Part shown: positions 12,758-26,283 of the stretch, in pieces
How the letters are laid out: the number at the start of each line of letters is the position of its first letter
Numbering within the stretch: position 1 is the stretch's first letter
NCBI RefSeq assembly: GCF_001194135.2
Contig: NC_068982.1
Location: 20,637,691-20,701,690, forward strand
Source: Octopus bimaculoides
Lineage: Eukaryota
Direction: 5' to 3'
Length of the DNA stretch: 64,000 nucleotides
Program-made: the position numbers and the translations under genes
The notes under the pieces: generated by a model
Databases searched by the model: none
Seen by the model: only the letters and a program-made list of their open reading frames with translations
What the model was told of the DNA's origin: nothing

Positions 12758-13130
12758 TTATATTGCAAGTCACACAGGCAATCGGTCTTGCCAGTAATGA
12801 AGAGATGGGAACGTAATGCCAAAGACTCACGGATGTTTGTCATTAGGTAATCGATGAAAAAGTGAAAGAGATCGGTGGTAGCTACGCAGCCCTGTATAAT
12901 GGAGAACCAGTCAGAGTCCTGCCCTTTCACAGGGATGCAGCTCTCTGCACTGTGATAAAGCGGATGGGGTAGTGCAGAGAACTTTGGAGGTTCACTGACA
13001 AGCTTGATAATTTTCCAGAAAACTGCATTGAAGTCGTCGCAGGGGGTGTCGAGGTGGCGATCTTTGAGGAACTTCTGAGGTTTTTCAATGCCGGTAGGAG
13101 CATGCCTCTTGTTAGATCATTTTACCTGCG
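12758..13130 (-). mobile_element. RTE-like non-LTR retrotransposon RT fragment (inverted 5' part)
   Basis: Minus-strand translation IEKPQKFLKDRH..DFNAVFWKIIKLV..P.K...LYHSAESCIPVKGQDSDWFSIIQGCVATTDLFHFFIDYLM..LCDLQY follows the RT order IEK..EF / DF..AF / QGC..P.LF / DL.YADD. Confidence 0.85.
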
Positions 13131-13385
13131 CTTACTCTTATTCAACACAGCAGCTGTGATTTGGAAGAGGCCTCGTGGAAGGCCCTGCACCAGATGGCTG
13201 TATGTGAATGAGGAAGATGTTCAGAAGCTCGATGTCACCTTGGAGAATACAGAGGGGTTCGCACGGGAGGGGCAGCGATGGAGAACATTGGTGGATCTGA
13301 TCGGCTCTATGATGACTCCTCTGGAAACAATAATTTGGAATGACCCCAGCCATGTGAAGCAACAGCGTGGAACTAAGCCATGTTT
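13131..13385 (+). mobile_element. RTE-like LINE 3' end (C-terminal ORF region plus 3' UTR)
   Basis: LLLFNTAAVIWKRPRGRPCTRWL..DVQKLDVTLE....AREGQRWRTLV is the WKRPRGRP..RW / DR..WR motif of RTE-type ORF ends. The UTR matches 17095-17135. Confidence 0.85.
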
Positions 13386-13639
13386 ATATATGCATACACA
13401 GGGTCCCAAAATTAAGGCAACCGAAATTTCAAGCTTTAACAATCAATAAATGTGACAAAATATAAAAATTATACATTATTTTAATAGCTTACTGTATCTT
13501 CTTGTTGATTCAGACGAAATAAACTTAGATTTAGATAATGGATGTATACCGAAATACAATCATAACCCTCCACAAAATAGGCTTAAGTAATACTGCTATA
13601 GTAAAATAGTTTAAAAATTAACCGAACATCACTCTGGAA

Positions 13640-14040
13640 ATTTATCAATAACTTTCAAGAAACTGGTTCTATCGCTGATCAAACTGGACGTGACCGAAAA
13701 GAAGTGTTCTGACCTCTCAGCTTGTCTTTAAATCTCGTATCTTTTCTCTGGTACTTAAAATTACCACAGAAAAGATACGATGAAATCCTTGTCGTTCCGT
13801 GAGAAAACTGGCTGCACAACAAAAATGAGCTGAATATAGATATATCGAGTGCTAAGGAGTATCTCAGGATCCACGCCTCCAGGATGATCCGCTATCACGT
13901 GCTCAGGCAAGTTTTAAAGTCCTTGAGACTGAAGAGTAATCATCTTATCGTCAGATTGCTGATGGCACGCTGGCCAACTTTGTGTTTAATGATGAAAAGA
14001 AATTTAACATCGAACAGACAGTAAACCACCCATATATATG
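13640..14040 (+). mobile_element. Tc1/mariner (DD37D, maT-like) transposase remnant
   Basis: IADGTLANFVFNDEKKFNIEQTVNH corresponds to the degenerate FSDEK catalytic-D motif; stops and frameshifts upstream. Confidence 0.7.
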
Positions 14041-14981
14041 ATGAAAAACCTAGCGATATTGGAAGAACAACATTTCATCAGAACATGGTAAAAAGAACAC
14101 CGTAAAGCCATATGTCAAGCATCGTCTACATAAGGAGAATATTGATGTCATACATGGTCTAGAACAAACGTAATAATACCTCTGTGTAATATTTTAATAT
14201 AATTGACAGGTTTAAAAATATTCATCCTGGAACAAAATGAATGCTTGAGATTATACTTGTAGAATATATATATATATATATATTTTTTTTTTTTTCCGTT
14301 TTAACTTATCGATGTTCGTCATTCATAATAGTTTACTCCTTCCCTCATCGTGCTGAAAATATTTATCAATAATTGACGCAAAACACATAAATACAGTTCT
14401 AAAATATTCTAAATTATTATAATTATGGGTTATTTAGAGAATATAATTTAAATTTGGAATTTATTGCAAACTGACTTTCGTCAAATCATTACAAAGTACA
14501 TAATAAGCGTACAACATTTTGTGCATATATTTCCTTGAAAGCTAATTTTCCGAAAGGATTATATGAAAACAAATAACGATACTGGAGAAATTGTCGTTTA
14601 AAGAATGTGTTATATATTTAAGTGTAATAATAAAAAGCACAGATCTGAGAAAACTCAGTGGATTGAAACTTGATAATGAATATAAGAATTATCACCATCT
14701 AATCAAAGAAATACGTTATAGACTTTGTGTCTTTCGGATTCTATAGAAAATTTAGTACATAATCTGTGCATTGTTAAATACATGTTTATAATTAAGTTTA
14801 ATATAAATATCTGGAGTAATAACATTATATGGCAGAAGTGCTAATCAACCAACATGAGAAAGTTGAACAAGTCAAAGCATAAGTTTGCGACGCATAATCT
14901 TAAATTTGGTCCAACACATACATATACGCGAGTGTCTGTATGTTCCTTATGATGAAAGATTGTAAACTGTCTTATATAATA

Positions 14982-15019
<38 letters not shown>

Positions 15020-15483
15020 CCATATATATATATATATAGATAGGGGTAATACATCCAGGCGGGTACAGTTAAAGCACTCAATTACAAATCGAGTTTTGGC
15101 TAACCGCACAATTAGCAAGGAATACCTAGGATTATTTGACATAAGCAATCCCAATATATTTCAGCCGATGGGTAAATCCTAGGTCTGTTTTATTGGATTA
15201 TAAACAAGTTACTGAGTGTATAACCAAGTCTATTACAATGAATACGGAGAATACTATATCTGCACTCTTTTTAACAATCTATCATACAACATATTTAATT
15301 CAAAATCTGTTCGAAGTATGCTCCCGCTACGCAGAAATGCATTTCGCAATTTCATTCGCATCGAGTTTCATTATTTTGGTTAAGAGTTTATGCATCTCCA
15401 TTCAAGCTTTAGACAGTTGAAGCTATGTAGTGTTGACTTAGCTAGCATTATATTTCGCAGGGGTCAATAAAATTTTAGTTTAA

Positions 15484-15679
15484 CCCTTTAGTGTTCAGAT
15501 TACTCTGTTAAATGTAATACTTTTTCACTCAAATTGTATTGAATTAATCATGCATCATCTTATAGCTTTGAAGTTTCATTGATATGATTATTTATGTTTA
15601 GAATGTCAATGTAGTTTAGGTGTGAGGGGCTAGATATCGCCAGTTTGAATATAAAACATTTAGAATATCTGGACCAGGG
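15484..15679. mobile_element. piggyBac-type MITE
   Basis: TTAA|CCCTT at 15480-15488 and AGGG|TTAA at 15676-15683, i.e. a TTAA TSD with CCC/GGG termini. Confidence 0.75.
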
Positions 15680-16934
15680 TTAAATAATGGGAGATGAACA
15701 TTTGGAAACCTGATACGAATATAAAGACGGTCATCAGGTTGATTGTATAAGTAATTTCAAATCATGAATATTAGATCCTAAAACAGATTAGAGTATATTT
15801 CATTTAGTGCCGTACGGCACCTTAGTACTAGACAGATTCCAATGAGAAAATGCATAGACATATGTGCAAAAATAAGTCCCCCAAATTCCAGTTTTTCCAC
15901 TCTACCTACGTGAATTAAAAATTAATGAGTTTCAGAGATACATGTGTACAATTACGAGACACTAAATTAGATATAATTTAGAGATATGAGATATGTACAA
16001 CTTACTCGTAAGGCAAATCCGAATCTTTGTTCATATAAATCAACTTTAAATCAACGTGTAGATTTCGCTATCTTAATTTAATTTATATTTGAAGTTTTAC
16101 ATATGACGAATGTTAATTACTACAAGGATATAAATAAAGAGGATATTACATTGACATTTATCATGTACACTCTAGAATCTCCTACGTACGTGGTACTTAA
16201 TTAAAAATCTTTTCTATGGAAATATAGAGATACATTTCCGTAACGGTGCGCACACATTCAGGCTAGCTCATGCTTACTACTTAGTAGCAGGTATTTAGAT
16301 TTGAAAATATGGAATATTTCTTCTTAGCGTTAACTGCTTTGTTTTAGCTCTGCCCCTCCTATTTTCCCAGCATATTTAAAAATCTAATCGCATTTATAAC
16401 CAATCAGGATTTTAAATGTTCCTCTCCTATTCTTTACACTTGAAAACTGTACCCTGCAAAATATAATTCTAGCTAAACCAACATCCCCTTAGTTCGCTGC
16501 AACCTACGACAGTGACTAAAACCTTTAAGGAAGATGCATAAACTCTCAACCAAATGGATGAAGCTGGGTGTAATTGCAATTGTGAGATGTCTGTGCCGCA
16601 GAATCATACGTCGAACAAATTTAAATTAAATACGATGTATAGCTAAGCGTAGAAATGTATTGTCCGTATTCATTGTAATTGCTTTATATANNNNNNNNNN
16701 NNNNNNNNNNNNNNNNNNNNNNNNNNNNNNNNNNNNNNNNNNNNNNNNNNNNNNNNNNNTATATATATATATATGGTATGTCTGTGTGTCTATGTGTTGG
16801 TGTGTGCGTGTGTGCGGGCATGCGTTTGTACATTTATACACGTTACAATCGAAGGTTATCATTGTGGTAATCTCGAGCTTTTTCAATGGTGATAGGTACA
16901 TGTTTCCCGTTAGATCATTCTACTAGGTCTAACT

Positions 16935-17135
16935 CTAATCCAACGCAGCAGTTGCGGGCTGGAAGAGGCCTCGTGGCAGGCCGTTAACCATATGGTTGGA
17001 TGCGATTTGGGGAGATCTCCTGAAGCTGGATGTCATTATGAAAGCTGCAGAATGGTTGGCGTCGGACGGCAAGCGATGGAGTGCACTAGTGGAACCGCTA
17101 ATTTGGAATGACCTCAGATACGTCAAGCAACAGCA
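16935..17135 (+). mobile_element. RTE-like LINE 3' fragment, same family as 13131-13385
   Basis: GWKRPRGRPLTIWLDAIWGDLLKLDV...DGKRWSALVE; shared UTR taatttggaatgacc.cag..a.gt.aagcaacagc. Confidence 0.85.
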
Positions 17136-18424
17136 TGTGTATATATAGACATGTTGCATGTATCTATGTATGTATGTATGTATGCAATTTCCTACTATGC
17201 CTAAACACTTCCAATTTGCTCAACCTAAAATCTCGATCTCAACTAAATTATCAAAAAAGGCGTAATGTTGGTTATATGCACACAGCATGAAATGAAACCG
17301 TAAATATCAGTGATTCAATTAATTTCATCATTTCTGTACTCATTTAGAAAGGTTTATTGTTAAATATTGTCAAAATGCTCAACAAGGAGGATATTAGAAG
17401 ATAATCTTGTTCAATTGTCAGCGAGAGTATGCAGACGATCCCCCCTTTCCTAGAGAAATAAGCCTTCGCCACTCATAATATAAATTTAAAACATGTTCGA
17501 AGAATACTGTGGACTTCTATAGATTATGTATAAATATACTGCCCATAACAGTAATTGTCATATTACGTTACTAGCTTTCCAACAAGATATTCACATCCAC
17601 GAGGACAGCTTAGATTTTTATTACTTTATCATTCGTTAGTGAGTAACCTTCATGCTCAAATATCTGTGATATATAAATTCATTCACCACAGCATTTTTCT
17701 GTTCAGGAGATGGTGCTTGACTTAATGTGCTTCTAGCTATTAGTGAGTACATTGCTAATTTCTAAACGAATTTTCAAGAATTACATTAATGGTGATGTTG
17801 CCAATTTGATACTGAGTATCTGAAGTTCTAATCAGTTGAATTCGAAAAGTGCGTATTATAACTGCAAATACACAATAGTCAGAAATATTTGAAATTATGC
17901 ATTTCATACTGAAATATCTACTCAAACAATACTTGATATTTAGGAATATAATTAATAAATCATATTAGCGTTATCAAAATTGCCAGTCATACGAGGGAAA
18001 TCATTTTAGCTTAAGATATTTAAAGGTGAAATTACATGGTGATTCTACGATATTTCTATGAAATCGCATGCTACGCCTGAGATACTTTAATTTTCTCGTA
18101 TTATATATCTGTGTTATATATCTGAGATTTATTGCGTAAAACATTAGAGACTATCTCTTTAAAATACTTTATTTAATCGAGAAAAGTTGGTCATAGAATT
18201 ATCTACAATATAACAGTCCATCGATTATATACTTTTAGAAAAATAACTTGATAATATAATTGTTTTGAAAAACTTAAGTTAGAAAAAATGAATTTACAAT
18301 TATTTTCATATTGTGTCTGTTAGATTCGTTAAAACAGTTCAATTCACCGACGCGGTGTATACGGACTAACTTTTACAGACCTGAGTCAGAGTCAAACGTC
18401 CACTATAATCTCGGAGTAACCAAA

Positions 18425-18560
18425 TTATCCAGCGGCTCCACCAGAAAGGCCGATGGAATAAGTACCAAGCTTAACAATAAATCCTGGGATTGATACGTTC
18501 GATTAAGAATTCATCAAGGATGATGGAGTTCTAAGGACTGAACCAAGTAAAAGATAAAGA
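18425..18560 (+). mobile_element. SINE family A, 3' half
   Basis: cagcggctcc..aaaggccgatggaataagtaccaagc...gactgaaccaagtaaaagataaa. Confidence 0.65.
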
Positions 18561-18565
18561 CATAT

Positions 18566-18720
18566 ATTGGGGTTGGACAAAATAACGTTAACACCTAGCA
18601 TCATGGCATCATAATTTTGAAATATCTATAAAACCGTCAAAAACTTGCTTATTTTTACGATATTTGATTTATTATTAATGTTGCTTAATATCGCTTGCAG
18701 TTTCCTTTAAATCCGACAAT
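18566..18720 (+). mobile_element. Tc1-like element terminus
   Basis: ggggttggacaaaataa..taacacc resembles a Tc1-family TIR (recalled family pattern; no partner TIR found). Confidence 0.4.
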
Positions 18721-18994
18721 GTCGGTTATGAATATTATGAACCTCTTATTTTTCGATCTACCATATTTATACGCTCTGGTGTTGCCAATTTGAAAGCTGT
18801 TTGAAGATGGCGTTGTTCCGTAAATTAATTATACCCTGCTAATTTTAGGCTTCATTCCGCGAGTATTTCCCTAAGCTGTCTTTTCTTTGTCCTTTTCAGA
18901 ACGTCTTTATTCGTTATATGGTTTTTAATATGCGTTCTTAGAATCCCTCTCAAAGATCTTTTTTATGGGAAATATATATATGTTTCTTTGTCTT

Positions 18995-19120
18995 CACCAT
19001 CATAGAGACCTTTTGGAAGAACTATGATGTTATAGAGCCTGATTTTTGTGTGTATGCTGATGGTATTGTGAGACCATATGGTGCACATTTCCTGGAAAAC
19101 CGCTGTGATTTTGTCTATGC
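18995..19120 (-). mobile_element. RTE-like LINE RT fragment
   Basis: GIDKITAVFQEMCTIWSHNTISIHTKIRLYNIIVLPKGLYDGE corresponds to the RI.KA..AF..L..IW.....TKIRLY...VLP.LLYG.E motif. Confidence 0.75.
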
Positions 19121-19179
19121 CGGGTGAATACATTGTCGTTTAAATTACACAAAGATTATAATACCACTGACATATCATT

Positions 19180-19936
19180 TTAAAAGATTTATTTACCAAA
19201 ATTATATAAAAATATCTTGAAATGCTAAAGAGTAAATTTATTCAATAAATTCGCCACTGGCTTCAACCACGACCTCCATACGACTTCGGAATCTCCTGAA
19301 AATCTGGACGGTCTCTTTGTTTAAGCTGGTGAATGCTGCGATAATCCTTGCTTTCAGTTCATCTTTGGTGTTACAAGTAGTTTTGTTCGTCTCTCGCTTA
19401 ACTGTGCCCCACACATAACAACCATGGAGGTCACAGTCTGGGGAGCTAGGTGGTCAGATGTTAGGGGGTGATGTGGTCGCCCAAATTGTCTGATAGCTAT
19501 GATTGGGTTCTCCTGATTGTGTGGCATGGTGCAGATTCCTGTTGCCAGTCTCTTGACCTGCAGCAGTACTACTTCCTCCAGGCACTTAATATTGGCCTCC
19601 GTGTTTAGTCTGGTACCGCATGGTAAGATGGATGGAGGAATAATGTCATCATCACTAGTGATCACTCCAAATACCAGGGTGTTGGCTGGATATTTGATTT
19701 TTATCGCTCTCGGTACATGTCCTCAGATTTTCACCCAAAATCTCTGAAATGTACGTATCGGAGCTTTCATGCTGTTTTCAAATTTCTGGCAGGGTAAATT
19801 TGGTCATGGTCCTATTCTCCCCACAGACAGTGCCCGACTGACCATACTATACTGTGTGGTCGACAAAATAAAAACAAATAGTGTACATGCACGAGTTAAA
19901 AAATATAAATGGTGACAATTTACCCATTGCACCCTA
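19180..19936 (-). mobile_element. mariner (DD37D, maT-like) transposon remnant; transposase C-terminal half at 19238-19790
   Basis: VFGVITSDDDIIPP..TRLNTEANIKCLEEVV..WQQESAPCHT..PPSSPDCDLHGCYVWG..TNKTTCNTKDELKARI..EVVVEASGEFIE* across frameshifts. TIR-like gacaatttacccattgcaccct at about 19914-19935. Confidence 0.9.
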
Positions 19937-20309
19937 CACGCATGCCCTATGCATATATTTATACATACGTACGTACATACATACATACATATAGGCATAC
20001 ATGCATAAATGCATACATATACAGATACATATCTTAACGTGATGTAGAAGAGATAGTTACTTGAGATTTCCGGTGAGATTTCAGGAATTTAGAATTTAGT
20101 CAGTTAAGTGTGGATAGTCTTAAAGCGAATTAATCGGTCGTTTAGCATGAAAGTACATTCTATTCATATGTCCTATATAGCTCTGTTGGTATAACAAACT
20201 AGGGGGCTTTTTGGTCAAAATAATGGTGAACAAAAGCAAAATGAACTTAATGTACGCAACATGGATTCTATTTTGCTTGTCAATTGCTTGAGAACTATCA
20301 AGGTCTAAT

Positions 20310-21540
20310 CTCGTCTTTGAATTATATCTGTAGACACATGTTCTGAAGTTCTTCACTGATATTTATGTTTGGTGCCAACAATATTTTCAATAAATGTCCT
20401 TGTTTATTCATAATGCAAGTTGTTTCATTATTTGCAATTTCTTTAGGAGGCTGCCACGTGAATTATGTACTAACGATAATTAGGTACAAGTTTATTGAGA
20501 ATATTCCACCTTATGTTGATGAGGTTGTATCTCTGAAAGGGGCCGTTTCAAGATGAAATACCTGTAGTAAAAGTTTCTCTTGACCTATTCCTGTAAATGT
20601 TCATCATAGGTCTTTTTATGTCTGAGCCGTGCCTGACCATAATATTGAATTATGAAGTGGTAGTGTTAGTGAAGGTCACTGCCTGCAATGACTATATGTC
20701 TCCTTGTTAGTAGTTGGTGGTATTTTGCAAGCTAAAGTTCTATGCATAAGAGGGAATATCTGTTGGTATGTGATTCATTTTTCGTTGTAGCGTGCAATTT
20801 TGAGAATCATATCATCTAAGCATGTGTAGCCAATTTAAGGTTTAGAGAAATTAAAGAGTGTATGATAAAAATCAGTTCGTTGCGAATGTTGCTTAATGAG
20901 CGCGAAAGAAACTTCTAGATACATTGATTCAAAGATCTTGACTGAATAGAAGATTAAACTAGATTACCTTTCTACATCATTTAGCAATGTCGGCGAGGGG
21001 AGTATGGTCTTGTGATAATCAGTGAAATTAGTTTAGAATTTGCTTCCTTTTTTGATGTGAAGCGGCAGTACTGAATATCTTCGTCTGTCGATAGATTGGA
21101 ATTTCTTCTGCCAATACCAATGACTAGGTTTCCAATTATAACTAAGGTTGTTTGGATTTTTCAATGGATATAAGCCATTTCCTCATTTGGCGTTCGTTAC
21201 GTGTAATATTTCCTTGTCCCGTGGTATTGATGATGTACATGTATTCAATATCTTTTGGAATCGGTAGTATCAATTGTATCCAGTCGAATTCATAGAAGAT
21301 AATTGTAGTTTTTCTCCAAAAATTATCCGTCTTCGTTCGTAAGCATTGAGACTGCAAGGCAAAATCCCCCCAGAGAACGGAAATATGGGGGAACTAAGAC
21401 ATGCATTTAGCGTATACAGTTTATATAAGCGGTGAAGCTTAGCAGTCTCAGCTGCTCCGTAGGTCCACACGAGTATCACGAACTTTGGACCACATTCCTT
21501 TATAACAAAATAAGAATCATCGTCCAAAAACTGTATTACC
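20310..21540 (-). pseudogene. Penelope-like element remnant (RT thumb/linker plus GIY-YIG C-terminus)
   Basis: Fragments in the correct order: TYGAAETAKL (MGSYD.AE..L), IGRRNSNLSTDEDI, RKVI*FNLLFS (RKIIWFNPPFS), KLGYTC, NIRWNILNK, TCVYRYNSK. Many stops. Confidence 0.7.
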
Positions 21541-21962
21541 ATATGATTGAAAAAGAAGCGTGATTAGCTGACATTAAATATAAGTGTTGTAGAAAGCTTC
21601 TGACATCTACAGATGCTCAGTACATGTCTAATTACGGTGGGTGGTTTCAAGCTACATTAGTGCATATAGTTTGATTAGACGAAGGACTGAACCAAATTAT
21701 CTTTCCATTCTAAGATCTTTTCTTTTGGAATTGTTTTCCCTATTCAATTACTTATCACTATATCATGACGGGTCTGGATACAATATAGTGTGGCCTTGTT
21801 GATAATCGCACTCTCTGCCGATGAACGGCAGAGCCTTCTGCTGAGATGTAATTAGTTTTCTAATCTAAACTTACGTGTATTTTTTTTCTTTTTGATGAAA
21901 TCGGTTTGTTTGCTTAATACAGCGTTGACTGTTTTTGCGTCATTTAAAACCTAATGTGTCAC

Positions 21963-22024
21963 CCAGTAAAGCGACTTTAATGTCTAGGAAGGAAATACCA
22001 TCATAGCTAGGCTTGATCTGTACT
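21963..22024 (-). CDS. Candidate exon, 62 nt, or a Penelope RT scrap
   Basis: Acceptor tttgctttgttttcag, donor gtgaca, single open frame VQIKPSYDGISFLDIKVALL. ISFLD is also a Penelope RT motif, so the call is ambiguous. Confidence 0.25.
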
Positions 22025-22299
22025 CTGAAAACAAAGCAAATTTATTGCAATTTATTTACTTACGAAAGAGAGAAAAACTGTAGTAAATAAAACTAATGAA
22101 TTTACATCAAACTATATTCTGAAAATATTGTGATCATAAACAAAACCTACACAATAGTAAACTATGTAAGTATATTTTAAAGAAACCTCGAAATTTGAAC
22201 GATATCGTTGCATACTGAAAGCTACTCTCTATATAAAATACTTCCTAATGATATATCATGGAGAAAGCGATATATAATTTGCAGGATAGATACACTCAC

Positions 22300-22347
22300 T
22301 GACTCGAAGGTAGATCATATGAAAATCAAATTTATTTGAACGGCCTC
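22300..22347 (-). CDS. Candidate internal exon, 48 nt, phase 1-1
   Basis: Acceptor taaatattttcag, donor gtgagt, single open frame GRSNKFDFHMIYLRV. Confidence 0.35.
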
Positions 22348-25274
22348 CTGAAAATATTTAAAGCATATTTCTGGAAAGTGCTTGGAATAACTTTCGAAAA
22401 TGTTCTTACGTAGTTATTTTGATCGATACAAGTATATAAGTAGAATTTTGTGAACAAGATGTTGTTTTTAATGTATCTGAAAGAAGGTAGTATACTCTAA
22501 AGACACAATGTCTTAGGGGCCTGAAGAATTATGTCTCATTACGCAACGTATTTTTGAAGAAATTAACATACACCAATGCACAGTTAAATATATGGTAACA
22601 AGTTTTGTTTTCTCAAGCCATTTTCTATCTCTGTATTCCCACCTGGCAATGCGTCATAATATGTTAAATACCAATTTTCTATAAATGTGTATTCTTCGAT
22701 AGAATTGTTGCAACCTTTTCTCAAAGGCTATTCTAAAGTATTTTCTTCTCAGACGAGTAAATTACAAAATAAAAGAGAGTTGCTAAGTTTTACAGAACAT
22801 TGAAAACATGCTCTACTTGTAACTTATCGTAGCTGATTAAGTGCTACCCATGAGAGGATATTTTAAAGAAATATTGATTTAATTAACATCGGAAAAAGCC
22901 TCTAGATAGAATTGAGAACTTGCTTTACATGATCATTCTTACTGCTTCAGTATAAAGAGTTATGGTATGAGTTTCAATAAGAAACAATACTTGAATACGT
23001 TTATTATGAATATCGTTGCTCACGACCATACAATTCACCAGAAAAGAAATATTTTAGGTACGCATGTATAATTATTATACATGAATTAAAATGAAAACGA
23101 AAACAAATGTTCACAAACATCCAAACCCTTACTATTTAGTTGAGAGATTTCTCGACTTGTAACAAAATTAATACGCGCATAAACATACATACAAAATACA
23201 CACAAATGCACGTACACCTGCTACTTATAAATTTTTGACTTATAGAAATATCTGGATAAATGAAACGCATGATGGCAACTCACAGCAGACGTTCTATTGG
23301 TTATGTGGCCCATTTCTCTTTTACAGAAATTCATACTAATTGTTATTGCCCGCTTATTGAAAATATGTCGATTGAGTAAGGAATTTGGAAACGTTATTTT
23401 TTTTTTTGTTTCTTTTTCTCACAAACTAGTCCACGTGAAATGGTAATGAAAAATGATTTCTTGTTTACCGCCAGATATATAACATTTGTGTCCAAACAAC
23501 ATAATCTAATATTACGTGGTATGGATTTGAAATTTAGTAGAAAATAAAAGATAATTTTAAGCCTATATTGATTTGGCCAATAATGGTAATATTGTATATC
23601 CTGGATAATATTCTGTCTAGTCTTGTACAGATTTTATCGACCATAGTTGGACGCAAAAAAATGTTGACACAAACATAAGTGCTATTCAAAACTGAAAGTA
23701 AAGCGATATATAGAGTTAGTGATGAGAAGTATACGTTATCGACATGAAAACGTCTGGTGAAAGATGCTAGGGGACCAATCCGTATTTAAACTAATTAAAA
23801 TTAATTGAATGTATGAGTCAGTGGAATGAGAAACTGAAAGTCGGCAGTACAGAGACGACTCCGATCATGATCAGATCCCATTAGCATAACCTTTACAGTA
23901 GGCCATAGTGTTACTGGTGAGATATTTATCTTGTTTGTTAATGCACAACGAAAGACACATACATACGCAGGGCTTCTTGCTACCTTAACAATTAATAACA
24001 AAATAACACGAACGGATGTCGCCCGTAATACTTACGATTAGACTTGCTCCCCATTGCATTTTAAATTTAATCACCTTTAATTAATTTAAATGCTGGGCTG
24101 TAGGACCTGCCGTTTTTCAGCAGAGCTAATCAATTCGATGGAAAGATTTCATAGCATTACAAAAGTTATTTTAATTAATTGATATTTCTTGGCTCGCTGC
24201 ACTAATATTTTAGTCCGCTCTTTATTATTAATAACAATGAAAATTTTTATGATTGAGTATTTTAAAATTTATATGTTAGTGAATAGACATCGAACAATCG
24301 GACTACCATGCTTTTAAGAAAATGCTGTTACCGTACACATAGACGTATATGAAGACATGCTAGAATGATACTACTAACAGAACTACATACAACTGACATT
24401 AAATCGTTTTCAAGGATGACTATGTTATTTCTTGCTCTAAAATGAATTATGTGTTTACGTAATATGATTTATTGCATAAATGTGAGTCCAGGCAATCGAA
24501 CCATGTTATCATTTCATCACTGTATGATACTTATCACCATTATATGCTTCTGATTACATCATGATACGGCGAGAATCTCCTTTACGAACTTAATCAACCA
24601 ACTAGATATATCAGTCAGATCTCACAGTAACTATTTCCAGACGAATTGAGAAAGGGAATATATCGGGTATTGTTGTCAGTGTGCTGCTTCGTTATAAAAC
24701 AAATGCTTGTGATGATCGTCTTTTCAGTGATCTCCACTAAAGATCTGTTCTTTTAAAGCCCTCTTGCATTCTAGCAAGAATAAGATAGTGGAACGTGATG
24801 CTACGCTGTCGCACGAATTTCTAGACATATGATTGAAATATCCTTCATTAAAATATTAAGGCTTTAAATGACATCAGTAAAAAGAAGAAGCATTGGATAA
24901 ATTAGACTTTTTCAAAACAATGTACTGGAAATGAAAGCTAAAACGTTCCCCCCATCGTTCGAGATGGATATGCAGCAGTATTACGAATGCAGTGTATTAA
25001 GCTGGTACTGAAAATTTATCTTTCAAATTACACGTAAAATATATCATATAGTAACATTGATTAGAGTTTTGTTGTCGGCGACATTGATGGATTCTCATGG
25101 ACTGTAATACAATTGACAAATTTGGAGATCATGCTGTTATAAACAAGTCCGCGATGACAATTAAAACACAGAGTATATATAGGTTAACAAACAAATCTCA
25201 TACAACATTGAAGCTTTAGAAATATAGACAATACTGCACAAAAACGTATATATAATATACACATACATGAACAC

Positions 25275-25303
25275 ATCTCTCTCTCTTTCTCGCTCTCTCT
25301 CTC

Positions 25304-25367
<64 letters not shown>
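25275..25367. repeat. (CT)n(AT)n compound microsatellite running into a gap
   Basis: Direct inspection. Confidence 0.95.
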
Positions 25368-26211
25368 NNNNNNNNNNNNNNNNNNNNNNNNNNNNNNNNN
25401 NNNNNNNNNNNNNNNNNNNNNNNNNNNNNNNNNNNNNNNNNNNNNNNNNNNNNNNNNNNNNNNNNNNNNNNNNNNNNNNNNNNNNNNNNNNNNNNNNNNN
25501 NNNNNNNNNNNNNNNNNNNNNNNNNNNNNNNNNNNNNNNNNNNNNNNNNNNNNNNNNNNNNNNNNNNNNNNNNNNNNNNNNNNNNNNNNNNNNNNNNNNN
25601 NNNNNNNNNNNNNNNNNNNNNNNNNNNNNNNNNNNNNNNNNNNNNNNNNNNNNNNNNNNNNNNNNNNNNNNNNNNNNNNNNNNNNNNNNNNNNNNNNNNN
25701 NNNNNNNNNNNNNNNNNNNNNNNNNNNNNNNNNNNNNNNNNNNNNNNNNNNNNNNNNNNNNNNNNNNNNNNNNNNNNNNNNNNNNNNNNNNNNNNNNNNN
25801 NNNNNNNNNNNNNNNNNNNNNNNNNNNNNNNNNNNNNNNNNNNNNNNNNNNNNNNNNNNNNNNNNNNNNNNNNNNNNNNNNNNNNNNNNNNNNNNNNNNN
25901 NNNNNNNNNNNNNNNNNNNNNNNNNNNNNNNNNNNNCTTTAAAATATGACCTTGTGTAACTGAAATTAGGAAGCATTACGGTTTTTGTACAAATCCTTTA
26001 AATAACTTTTGTAATGTATACGAACTTAGAGCGTACACATTCAACTGAATAATAACACAAATACATACACATTATATGAGTATTTAACAAATGTATTTAC
26101 ACGAATGTTTGATAAACTAGCATGAGTGATTAAATGTAACCTTTACTCATATCTTTGTAATAAAGTATGTCACACGAGATGCTAGCAACGTGTTCAATTA
26201 TGGCTCTAGCA

Positions 26212-26283
<72 letters not shown>

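Noticed and set aside
19006-19123. Plus-strand exon-like frame ETFWKNYDVIEPDFCVYADGIVRPYGAHFLENRCDFVYAG with AG/GT ends
   Set aside because: The opposite strand is a clear RTE RT motif (TKIRLYNIIVLP), which explains the GC content and open frame.
21813-21833. Perfect 8-bp hairpin ctctgccg-atgaa-cggcagag
   Set aside because: Isolated; no Helitron terminus or ribozyme core around it, and such stems are expected occasionally in 64 kb.
21963-22024. Similarity of GISFLDIKVALL to neuroguidin/Lcp5 (G.SFLEVK..LL)
   Set aside because: Only a short motif; no flanking exons continue the alignment, and ISFLD is also a Penelope RT motif.
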